From an uncultured Gammaproteobacteria bacterium (GTDB lineage: Bacteria; Patescibacteriota; Microgenomatia; UBA8517), in contig CAYSAY010000006.1 of the NCBI GenBank assembly GCA_964429215.1, positions 1 through 55,444 on the forward strand: 55,444 nucleotides of DNA, written 5' to 3'. Position numbers and translations under genes: made by a program. Positions 45,974-54,577 of the stretch are shown here, piece after piece. The first letter of the stretch is position 1. Every line of letters starts with the position of its first letter. The notes under the pieces are model-generated. The model saw only the letters and a list, made by a program, of their open reading frames with translations, was not told the DNA's origin and did no database searches.

Positions 45974-47263
45974 ATGAATATAAAAGTACAAGGAGGCCAA
46001 GTTCTATCAGGTACAATCACGCCTTCTGGAAGTAAAAATTCAGCAGTTGCAGTAATTCCAGCCACGATTCTTTTTGATAAACCAATAACACTTAAAAATA
46101 TTCCTGATATAACTGATGTAACAAGATTGGTGTCAATTTTAGAAAATATGGGCTCAAAAATATCTTGGGACAAGGAAAATAACAGTCTTACAATAGATAA
46201 TTCTGAAATTAAATACAGCCCAGTTACCAAAGAAAACATTGGTAATATGAGAGGCACATCACTTCTTTGGGGTCCAATGCTTGCAAGATTTGGGAAGGTT
46301 TCGTTTGAGGAATTACCTGGAGGCTGTACTTTAGGCATAAGGCCACTAGGAGCACACTATGATGCGTTTAAATCGCTAGGTGTAGATATTGAGCTCTCAT
46401 CTCAAAGTGTCGTAATGGATGCTAAATCTGCCAAATCTGCAACCATTTGGTTAGCTGATATGAGTCCAACTGTAACTGAAAATGCAGTAATGTTGTCTGC
46501 AACTTTAAAAGGTACAACAACAATAATTGGTGCAGCTTCTGAACCTCAAGTACAGGATTTATGTAGACTGTTAGTAACGTCAGGCGCCAAGATAGAGGGC
46601 ATTGGTTCAAGTGTGTTAACAATTGTTGGTGTGTCAGAATTGACTCCACCTAAAGAATATGAAATATTCCCAGACCACTATGAAATAGCAACATTTTTAG
46701 CTTTAGGTGCGACTACTGGTGGAGAAATAAGGGTAAATAATGCAATGCCTGATTTGTTTGGTCAAATTGACCATGTGTTTTCAGAGTTTGGTATTAATAT
46801 TAGGTATGAGGATAAAACTGCTATTGTTTCTGGTGGGCAAAAAATAAAAATTAATAATGAAGGTAATGGCACTTTGGACATTAAAGCTCAGCCTTGGCCA
46901 GGGCTTCCTGTTGATATGCTTCCACTTTTTATCCCAATTGCGTTATCAGCCGAAAGTGGAAGTGCACTTTTCCATAATTGGATGTATGAATCTGGACTTT
47001 TCTGGACATCTGAACTTTCAAAACTTGGAGCAAATATTATAATGGCAGATCCTCACAGAGTCATAGTAAATGCTGGAAATAAGCTAGTAGGTGCCAAGTT
47101 AGAAGCTCCATATATCATAAGAGCAGTAGTTGCCATGACAATGTGTGCAATGACGGCAAAGGGTGAAACAACGATCCTAAACGCAGATGCTCTTTATAGG
47201 GGTCATCCTAACTTTGCTAAAAATTTGAAAAACTTAGGTGCTAAAATTGAGGAGACACAGTAA
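45974..47263 (+). CDS. murA: UDP-N-acetylglucosamine 1-carboxyvinyltransferase MurA
   Basis: 429 aa. GSKNSAV; LPGGCTLGIRPL (active-site Cys retained); RGHPNF C-terminal motif. Confidence 0.95.
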   Translation: MNIKVQGGQVLSGTITPSGSKNSAVAVIPATILFDKPITLKNIPDITDVTRLVSILENMGSKISWDKENNSLTIDNSEIKYSPVTKENIGNMRGTSLLWGPMLARFGKVSFEELPGGCTLGIRPLGAHYDAFKSLGVDIELSSQSVVMDAKSAKSATIWLADMSPTVTENAVMLSATLKGTTTIIGAASEPQVQDLCRLLVTSGAKIEGIGSSVLTIVGVSELTPPKEYEIFPDHYEIATFLALGATTGGEIRVNNAMPDLFGQIDHVFSEFGINIRYEDKTAIVSGGQKIKINNEGNGTLDIKAQPWPGLPVDMLPLFIPIALSAESGSALFHNWMYESGLFWTSELSKLGANIIMADPHRVIVNAGNKLVGAKLEAPYIIRAVVAMTMCAMTAKGETTILNADALYRGHPNFAKNLKNLGAKIEETQ

Positions 47264-47274
47264 AAATTTCAAAG

Positions 47275-49215
47275 ATGATTCAATTTGATTCAAGAAAAGT
47301 CAAAAAAGGTGATATCTACGTCGCCGTTAAAGGTTTGACGGTAGATGGACATGATTTTATTGATCAGGCAATTAAAAATGGGGCAAAGCAAGTTTTTGGC
47401 GAGAAAGAAATAAAAAATCCAATGTATATTAGAACACTTAATTCAAGAGTAAAACTTGGAGAACTTGCGAGTGAATATTATGGCGATCCAAGTAAAAAAT
47501 TAAAAGTTATTGGAGTTACTGGCACAAAGGGTAAAACTACTACTTGCCACCTAATCCATCATATTTTAACTCAAAATGGTAAAAAGGCAGGATTAATATC
47601 TACAATTTCTGCACAAGGGTTTCATACAACTGCACCTGATATTTTAACTTTAAATAAAGAATTGTCTCAAATGGTCAAAGATAACTATGAATATGTGGTT
47701 CTTGAAGTTAGTTCTCATGGAATTGATCAGGGTAGAATTGCTGGAATAAAGTTTGATATATCAGTTTTGACTAATTTAGCACCCGAACATTTGGATTATC
47801 ATAAAACATTTAAAGAATATAAAAGAGTTAAGATGATGTTTGTAAATTCTGCAAAATTTAGGGTTTTTAGTCCTAAAACTACTAAATTGAAAATTTTAGA
47901 AGGAGATTTTAATAATATTAATGCAGAAACTGCTATTGAAGTGTGTAAAGAGTTGGGCATTTTGGAATCATCTTCAATAAAAGCACTTAAAACATTTAAA
48001 TTACCTGAAGGAAGATTAGAAGAAATTAAAAATGACAAAGGTTTTAGAGTTTTTGTAGATTTTGCCCATACTCCAGATTCATTGGAAGTAGCCTTAAAAT
48101 ATCTTAAGAGTATAACGAAGGGTAAGTTAATTTCTGTTTTTGGATGTGCTGGTGAGAGGGATCCGCGTAAAAGATCTAGAATGGCTAAAATTTCTACTAG
48201 GATTGCTGACCTTTCTGTATTTACAGCAGAAGATCCTAGGACTGAAAATATTTTTAAAATATTAAAACAAATGAAAAGTGGGGTAATTAGTAAAAGTTAT
48301 GTTTCTATACCAGAAAGAGGAGAAGCTATAGCTTATGCATTATCGATAGCAAAAAAAGGTGATATTGTTGGTGTTTTTGGCAAAGGACATGAGAAGTCTA
48401 TGTGTTATGACTCATATGAGCATCCATGGAGCGATCAAGATTTTATTAAAAACCAATTTGATGGATTTACTGGCCTTGTCGGAATAGTTTTGGCAGGTGG
48501 AAAAGGTAAAAGAATGCATTCAAATTTACCTAAGATTATGCATACTATTGTTGGTAGACCTATGATAGCTTATTCATTAGAAAATTTAAGAAATGCTGGA
48601 ATTAAACAAGTTATCCCCGTTCTTGGATATAGAAGAAATATTGTTTTAAATCGTCTGTCTAAAAATGTGATTTATGCTGTTCAACCAAAACCTCTTGGTA
48701 CTGGTAATGCTGTATTAAATTCTTTCCCAAAAATTTCAAAAGATACTTCTACTTTGCTTGTTATTAATGGAGACGATAGTGCTTTCTACACACCAAAAAC
48801 AATTAAAAATGTTATTGAATTACATTACAAAAATAATTCAATTTTGACATTTGTTAGCTTGATTCAAGAAAATCCTGCTGGTTTAGGTAGGGTTGTGAGG
48901 GATTCTAAAGGGAAGTTATTAGGAACTGTTGAAGAGAAAAATGCTACAGAGGATCAGAAAAAAATAAAAGAGGTTAATGATGGACTTTATATTTTTAATT
49001 ACAAATGGCTTCAAAAGAATATATTTAATATCCAAAAGAATGATGTTGCTAAAGAGTATTATCTTACTGATCTAATCGAGATTGCATTAAATAATAACGA
49101 AATAGTTTCAACTTATACTTTGCCTGATTCATCGGAATGGCAAGGTATTAATACACAAGATCAATTGAAAGAAGCTGAAAAAAAGATGTTGAAAAGACTT
49201 CAAATAAATGAATAA
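47275..49215 (+). CDS. murE: fusion protein: MurE-type Mur ligase (aa 1 to about 395) plus GlmU-type N-terminal pyrophosphorylase/uridyltransferase domain (aa about 400-646, no LbH acetyltransferase domain)
   Basis: MurE part: IGVTGTKGKTTT, DFAHTPDSLE, FGCAGERDPRKR, FTAEDPRTEN, GKGHE. GlmU part: VLAGGKGKRMHSNLPKIMHTIVGRPM, QPKPLGTGNAV, INGDDS, VEEKNATEDQKKIKEVNDGLYIF, KEYYLTDLIEIA, WQGINTQDQL. Confidence 0.85.
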   Translation: MIQFDSRKVKKGDIYVAVKGLTVDGHDFIDQAIKNGAKQVFGEKEIKNPMYIRTLNSRVKLGELASEYYGDPSKKLKVIGVTGTKGKTTTCHLIHHILTQNGKKAGLISTISAQGFHTTAPDILTLNKELSQMVKDNYEYVVLEVSSHGIDQGRIAGIKFDISVLTNLAPEHLDYHKTFKEYKRVKMMFVNSAKFRVFSPKTTKLKILEGDFNNINAETAIEVCKELGILESSSIKALKTFKLPEGRLEEIKNDKGFRVFVDFAHTPDSLEVALKYLKSITKGKLISVFGCAGERDPRKRSRMAKISTRIADLSVFTAEDPRTENIFKILKQMKSGVISKSYVSIPERGEAIAYALSIAKKGDIVGVFGKGHEKSMCYDSYEHPWSDQDFIKNQFDGFTGLVGIVLAGGKGKRMHSNLPKIMHTIVGRPMIAYSLENLRNAGIKQVIPVLGYRRNIVLNRLSKNVIYAVQPKPLGTGNAVLNSFPKISKDTSTLLVINGDDSAFYTPKTIKNVIELHYKNNSILTFVSLIQENPAGLGRVVRDSKGKLLGTVEEKNATEDQKKIKEVNDGLYIFNYKWLQKNIFNIQKNDVAKEYYLTDLIEIALNNNEIVSTYTLPDSSEWQGINTQDQLKEAEKKMLKRLQINE

Positions 49216-50221
49216 AGGCTTTAAAAAATATTCACAAAAAATTGTTACATTTGGTGGTGGAACAGGTCAGTATCATTTACTTTCAGGTTTAAGAGAACTT
49301 AATGCTAATGAAAAAATTACTGCGGTTGCTGGTACGTGGGATAGTGGAGGAAGTTCAGGTAGGCTTCGTTCTGAAATAGGAGTTTTGCCACCAGGAGACC
49401 TAAGACGATGCATTTTGGCCTTAATGAATGATCCTTATCAAAGGTCAGTCGCTCAAAAATTATTTGATGATAGGCTTGAAGATTTGGTAGGGCCACTTAA
49501 AGGACATTCCTTCGGAAATTTATTAACAGCAAGACTTGACAACATTTATAGTGGTCAAGATAGAGGAATTACCGCTGAATGTGAATTGTTTAGAGTGAGA
49601 TCAAAAGTAATGCCTGTTAGCTTGTCTCGAGTTGAATTAATTGCTGAAACAAAAAAAGGAAATCAAATTGTTGGTGAATCCAATATCGATATAAGAAGTA
49701 AAAGCAGATTGTATGATCAATCAGATAAAATTATCAGAATATATTTTGATACCAGTGCTGACATAAATCCATCTGTAATTAGGGAAATTAAAAACGCTGA
49801 TAAAATTATTTTCGCACAAGGAGATTTGTATACTAGTGTATTACCTCATTTATTAGTATCAGGTGTAAGAGAAGCTATTCAAAAATCTAAAGCAAAACTT
49901 ATATTTGTATTAAATTTGATGACTAAACCAGGGGAAACTGATGGGTATAAAGCATCTGACTTTCTTAAATCCATTTTGTTTTATTTAGATGCACCTGGGA
50001 GGCTTGATTATATGTTGGTAAATACTAATAATTTGGACTCTAAAATTCTTTCTATTTATAAAGAAGAGGGCCAAAAAATGGTTGAAGTTGATGAGGAAAA
50101 TATTAAATTAATTGAGCCAAAAATTACGATTGTAAAAAAATCAATTTTAACTTATTTTAAAAAAGAACATTTATTGAGGCATGATTCTTTGAAATTAGCT
50201 AGCGCTTTATTACAAATATAA
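49208..50221 (+). CDS. yvcK: YvcK/GlmR-like (CofD/UPF0052 family) protein
   Basis: 337 aa. IVTFGGGTGQYHLLSGLR; PPGDLRRC; GHSFGNLL; GDLYTSVLPHLLV. 8-nt overlap with the upstream murE-glmU fusion. Confidence 0.85.
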   Translation: MNKGFKKYSQKIVTFGGGTGQYHLLSGLRELNANEKITAVAGTWDSGGSSGRLRSEIGVLPPGDLRRCILALMNDPYQRSVAQKLFDDRLEDLVGPLKGHSFGNLLTARLDNIYSGQDRGITAECELFRVRSKVMPVSLSRVELIAETKKGNQIVGESNIDIRSKSRLYDQSDKIIRIYFDTSADINPSVIREIKNADKIIFAQGDLYTSVLPHLLVSGVREAIQKSKAKLIFVLNLMTKPGETDGYKASDFLKSILFYLDAPGRLDYMLVNTNNLDSKILSIYKEEGQKMVEVDEENIKLIEPKITIVKKSILTYFKKEHLLRHDSLKLASALLQI

Positions 50222-51181
50222 TTATTTGCTGTATCGCAATTTTATTTTAGGAATTAAATAATCGCTAAAAGTTTTTTCAAAATTAAAATTAATTTTATAG
50301 CCCCAGTCCTTAATTGCTTGGTCACTATTTATTTCTTTTGGCCAGCTATCGACAATTTTTTGCCTTTCTTCATTTATTTTGTAACTAATTTTTGCATTCG
50401 GAAAATTTTTTTTGATTTCTGATTCAATTTGTTCAGCAGACACACTAAAACCACCTATTTCATAGATTTTTTCAAAAAGATTGTTTTTTGGAGCCAAAAG
50501 TAGCATCATCAAAATTTCCACTGCGTCAGACATTGCCATAAATGGAATTGTTGTGTCTGGCCTGACAAAACACTCGTAAGATAAATTTTGAGCTGCTGAA
50601 TGGATCATCTCTGATCCGTAATCGCTTGTACCTCCTGATGGTAAAGTGTCTGGCGATAGTAAACCTGGAAATCTAACTGATCTAAAGTCCACTAAATTAT
50701 TTCTATCGATTGTCGTGTCGAGCAATTTGTAATTTCTGGAAAAATATACCCCTAGATTTTCACAGGCTAGTTTTGAAACTCCATATATAGTAATCGGGTT
50801 GCCATGTGCAGCAATTGAACTAGGGAAAATAAATTTAATTGATTTTTTATTTTCTAATCCACTTTTTGTGACAGCTTTTAGAAGATTGAGAGTTCCTGTT
50901 ATGTTTATGTCAGATGCTAATTCAGGATTTTTCTCTCCACCAGTTGAAAGAATTGATGCGAGGTGGAAAACTATATCAATTTTTTGCTCTTTAAAAATAT
51001 TATCAATACTTTCTTTGTCGATAATATCTGATATATAGAATTTAGTTAGTAGTTTTAGAATTTCTGGTTCTGGCTGTTTAATGTCAAGTGCAATAATTTG
51101 ATAGTTTTTTAAATCAGTAATTTTTTTTACTAATCCATAACCCACTTCCCCTGATATGCCCGTTATTAAAACTGTTTCCAT
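50222..51181 (-). CDS. tdh: SDR-type NAD-dependent L-threonine 3-dehydrogenase (extended SDR, epimerase-like fold)
   Basis: 319 aa. [11 protein letters not shown] (Gly-rich NAD motif); YGVSKLACE (YxxxK); VRFPGLLS...PSGGTSDY, resembling SDR-type TDHs. Overlaps and follows kbl. Confidence 0.7.
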   Translation of the reverse strand: METVLITGISGEVGYGLVKKITDLKNYQIIALDIKQPEPEILKLLTKFYISDIIDKESIDNIFKEQKIDIVFHLASILSTGGEKNPELASDINITGTLNLLKAVTKSGLENKKSIKFIFPSSIAAHGNPITIYGVSKLACENLGVYFSRNYKLLDTTIDRNNLVDFRSVRFPGLLSPDTLPSGGTSDYGSEMIHSAAQNLSYECFVRPDTTIPFMAMSDAVEILMMLLLAPKNNLFEKIYEIGGFSVSAEQIESEIKKNFPNAKISYKINEERQKIVDSWPKEINSDQAIKDWGYKINFNFEKTFSDYLIPKIKLRYSK

Positions 51182-52323
51182 ATTTTTTCAAAAATTAATA
51201 ATGCATCATCAAGATCCTTTTTGCTGTGTGCTGCAGAATTCATGATTCTTATTCTAGCTTTTCCTTGAGGTACAGTTGGAAATACAATTGCTTTTGCAAA
51301 TAATCCTTCGTTAAATAGTTCTTTGCTCATATCCTGTGCTTTTTTCGATTCTCCTAACATTATTGGAATAATAGGTGACTTGTTGCTTCCAATATCAAAT
51401 CCAATTTTCTTTAAACCATTTTTAAGATATTCTGCATTTGACCAAAGTGTTTTAACCAAATCATCTGATTCTGTAAGTAAATCCACTGCTGCTATACAGG
51501 CTGCTACGTCAGGTATCGTCATTGCGCTACTAAAGAGAAATGGTCTTGCTCTTTGTGTTAACCATTCAATTAATTCAGTATTTCCTGCGACCATTCCTCC
51601 AACAACTCCAAATGCTTTACTCATTGTTCCAACTTCGATATCTACTTTTCCGTGCAAATTAAAGTGATCGACAATACCTCTACCGTTTGATCCTAATACC
51701 CCTTCTCCGTGTGCGTCATCAACCATTAAGATGGCTTTATATTTACTTGTAACTTTATATATTTCATCAAGTGGGGCAATATCGCCATCCATTGAAAAAA
51801 CACCATCGGTTATTACAAGTTTTTTAACATTTGTTGGGGCTGATTTTAATTTTTGTTCTAGGTCATCCGTATTTAAATGTAGATATCTTATTACTTCTGC
51901 TTTACTTAATTTGCAACCATCAATAATACTTGCATGGTTAAGTTCATCTGAAAATATTAGATCATTCTCTCCAACAATTGCAGGAATTACTGCAAGATTT
52001 GCAGTGAATCCGGATTGGAACGTAAGTACACTTTCTACTTTTTTAAATTTTGCCAATTTTTCTTCAAGTGTTTTATGAAGAGATGTGGTACCTGCAATTG
52101 TACGTACAGCAGCAGGTCCTATTCCATACTTTTTGATTGCTTCAATAGCTGCCGATTTTAATTTCTCGTTATTGGCAAGGCCTAAATAATTGTTTGAGCA
52201 AAAGTTTAAGTATGTTTTTGAATTAATTGTAATTTTTGCATCAATTGCACTCTCAAGGGTGAGTATATTATTGTAAAGGCTTTGATCTTTTAAACTTTGA
52301 ACTTCCTTTTTAATCCAGTCCAT
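51166..52323 (-). CDS. kbl: glycine C-acetyltransferase (2-amino-3-ketobutyrate CoA ligase), alpha-oxoamine synthase family
   Basis: 385 aa. NNYLGL; SGFTANL; DDAHGEG; GTMSKAFG (PLP lysine). Paired with the tdh-like gene. Confidence 0.8.
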   Translation of the reverse strand: MDWIKKEVQSLKDQSLYNNILTLESAIDAKITINSKTYLNFCSNNYLGLANNEKLKSAAIEAIKKYGIGPAAVRTIAGTTSLHKTLEEKLAKFKKVESVLTFQSGFTANLAVIPAIVGENDLIFSDELNHASIIDGCKLSKAEVIRYLHLNTDDLEQKLKSAPTNVKKLVITDGVFSMDGDIAPLDEIYKVTSKYKAILMVDDAHGEGVLGSNGRGIVDHFNLHGKVDIEVGTMSKAFGVVGGMVAGNTELIEWLTQRARPFLFSSAMTIPDVAACIAAVDLLTESDDLVKTLWSNAEYLKNGLKKIGFDIGSNKSPIIPIMLGESKKAQDMSKELFNEGLFAKAIVFPTVPQGKARIRIMNSAAHSKKDLDDALLIFEKIWKQF

Positions 52324-52345
52324 ATGAAGTATAATACACTAGATT

Positions 52346-54577
52346 ATGCAAAGAATACATATGATGGGTGTTTCTGGGAGTGGAATGAGTGGAGTGGCAG
52401 CTCTAGCTACAAAAATGGGGTATTCTGTAACGGGTTGTGATATCAAAAATGGTGGCCATAGCCTCGATCATTTAAATGATTGTGATTTGTTAGTTGTATC
52501 TCCGGCAATTCTATATAATGAAACTCCAGACCCTGAATTACTTCTTGGAAAATCTAAAAATATTGTTACTACTTGGGAGGAATTTTTGGGTGGTACTTTA
52601 GCAAAGAACAAAAAAATGATTGCAATTGCTGGTACGCATGGTAAGTCTACAACTACAGGTATGGTTGGGAAATTATTGGAAGATACTGGTTTTGACCCTC
52701 TGGTAATGATCGGAGCAAATGTTAAAGATTGGGGTGGGAATTCTAGGTTTGGAAATGGAGATTATTTTGTAGTTGAGGCTGATGAATTTAATGATAACTT
52801 TTTACACTATAGTCCCGAGGTTATTATTCTTAATAATATCGAATTTGATCATCCTGATTATTTTAATAGTGAAAAGCAATTATTTGAAAGTTTTCATAAG
52901 TTTATCCAAAGGCTTGTTGGTGAGAAAGTGTTAATAGTGAATTGGGATAACGAAGGTGTCAGAAATTTACTAGATGGGTTAGATACTACAAAATTTAAAT
53001 TAATTAAATATTCAAGAGAAGAGACTGATATTAATTTGAATTTAAAGGTGTTGGGTGATCATAATATAACTAATGCTCTTGGTGTAATTGAATTGGGTAA
53101 AGTTTTAAATATAGATCAAGAAAAAATAATTGAAAGTATTGAAAGCTTTGAAGGGATTGGACGGAGGATGGAAGAAATCGGTAAAAATGTATTTGATGAT
53201 TATGCTCATCACCCTACCGCAATTAAAACAACGTTGAATGGTTTACGAAATAAATATCCGGATGCGACTATTTGGGCAATTATTGAACCTCATGGATATA
53301 AAAGGACAAAGGCGCTACTAAATTTTTATGAAGGTGCGTTTGATTCAACTGATAATGTATTAATTGGACCAATTTATAAAGCCCGTGATGTTATAGATAC
53401 TTCAATTAATTCTGAATCGATTGTAAGTGTCTCAAAGCATAAAAATATAAGATCTTGTGATTCAATTGATCAAATTTTGGAAATTATAAAGAAAGAGAAA
53501 AAAGATGGTGATATCTTTGTTGTTATGGGTGCTGGTAATAGTAATAAATGGGCACAAGAAATTGTTGAAACTATTCATGGACAGACACAAGTAAGTTTTT
53601 CAGATATAACTACTTTAAAAGTTGGAGGAAGAATAAAACATTATTTTGAAGTTAAATCGAAAGAAGAGTTGGTTGAAAAAGTAAATTTAGCAACACAAGA
53701 GAAGTTGCCAATTTTTGTTATAGGTGGGGGAACTGATATTGCTGTTACTGAAAAAGATTTTGATGGGGTAGTGATTAAATATGTTGGTAATAAAATAATA
53801 TTTGTAAATAATATAGTAACCGCTGAATCAGGTGCAGTATGGGATAAATTGGTAGAAGAATCAGTAGATAGAAACTTGGCAGGCATTGAATGTTTGTCTG
53901 GCATACCTGGTACTGTAGGTGCGTCCCCTATACAAAATATTGGCGCTTATGGTCAAGAACTCTCTGAAACGTTTGTTAAATTAACTGCGTATGATATAAA
54001 GAATCAAAAGTTTGTAGAGTTTAGCAAAGAAGAGTGCAAATTTGGTTACAGAGAAAGTATTTTTAAACAAAAAGAATATTGGCAAAAATTTGTAATAATT
54101 GAAGTTACATTAACATTAATTAAAGATGGCAAAGTTTCAGCAAACTATGAATCGTTAAAGGAATATGTAAAAAGTGAAAATCCTACTTTGCAAGAAATTA
54201 GATTTGCAGTTTTAAAAGTTCGATCAGTAAAACTTGTAAATCCATTAGAAATACCAAATGCTGGATCTTTTTTTAAAAACCCAATTGTTACTGAAGATCT
54301 GAAGAATAAACTAATACAAAAATATCCCGATTTAAAATATTTTGCGTTTGGTGAAAATTTCAAAATCCCTGCAGGTTGGTTAATTGAGAAAACAGGATGG
54401 AAAGGTAAAGCATTAGGTCCAGTTAAGGTTTCTGACAAACATGCATTAATTATTACTAACCCAGAAGGTAAAGGGACTTTTGACGATGTTAAAAATCTTG
54501 CAGATAAAATAATGAGTGATGTTAAAAATGAATTTGGTATAGATCTTGAACCAGAAGTACAATATATAAATCTATGA
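52346..54577 (+). CDS. murC: fusion protein: MurC (UDP-MurNAc--L-alanine ligase, aa 1 to about 410) plus MurB (UDP-N-acetylenolpyruvoylglucosamine reductase, aa about 415-743)
   Basis: MurC part: IHMMGVSGSGMSGVA, IAIAGTHGKSTTT, DDYAHHPTAI, MGAGN. MurB part: TTLKVGGRIKHYFEV, FVIGGGTDI, GIPGTVGASPIQNIGAYG, YRESIFK, NAGSFFKNP. Confidence 0.9.
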   Translation: MQRIHMMGVSGSGMSGVAALATKMGYSVTGCDIKNGGHSLDHLNDCDLLVVSPAILYNETPDPELLLGKSKNIVTTWEEFLGGTLAKNKKMIAIAGTHGKSTTTGMVGKLLEDTGFDPLVMIGANVKDWGGNSRFGNGDYFVVEADEFNDNFLHYSPEVIILNNIEFDHPDYFNSEKQLFESFHKFIQRLVGEKVLIVNWDNEGVRNLLDGLDTTKFKLIKYSREETDINLNLKVLGDHNITNALGVIELGKVLNIDQEKIIESIESFEGIGRRMEEIGKNVFDDYAHHPTAIKTTLNGLRNKYPDATIWAIIEPHGYKRTKALLNFYEGAFDSTDNVLIGPIYKARDVIDTSINSESIVSVSKHKNIRSCDSIDQILEIIKKEKKDGDIFVVMGAGNSNKWAQEIVETIHGQTQVSFSDITTLKVGGRIKHYFEVKSKEELVEKVNLATQEKLPIFVIGGGTDIAVTEKDFDGVVIKYVGNKIIFVNNIVTAESGAVWDKLVEESVDRNLAGIECLSGIPGTVGASPIQNIGAYGQELSETFVKLTAYDIKNQKFVEFSKEECKFGYRESIFKQKEYWQKFVIIEVTLTLIKDGKVSANYESLKEYVKSENPTLQEIRFAVLKVRSVKLVNPLEIPNAGSFFKNPIVTEDLKNKLIQKYPDLKYFAFGENFKIPAGWLIEKTGWKGKALGPVKVSDKHALIITNPEGKGTFDDVKNLADKIMSDVKNEFGIDLEPEVQYINL

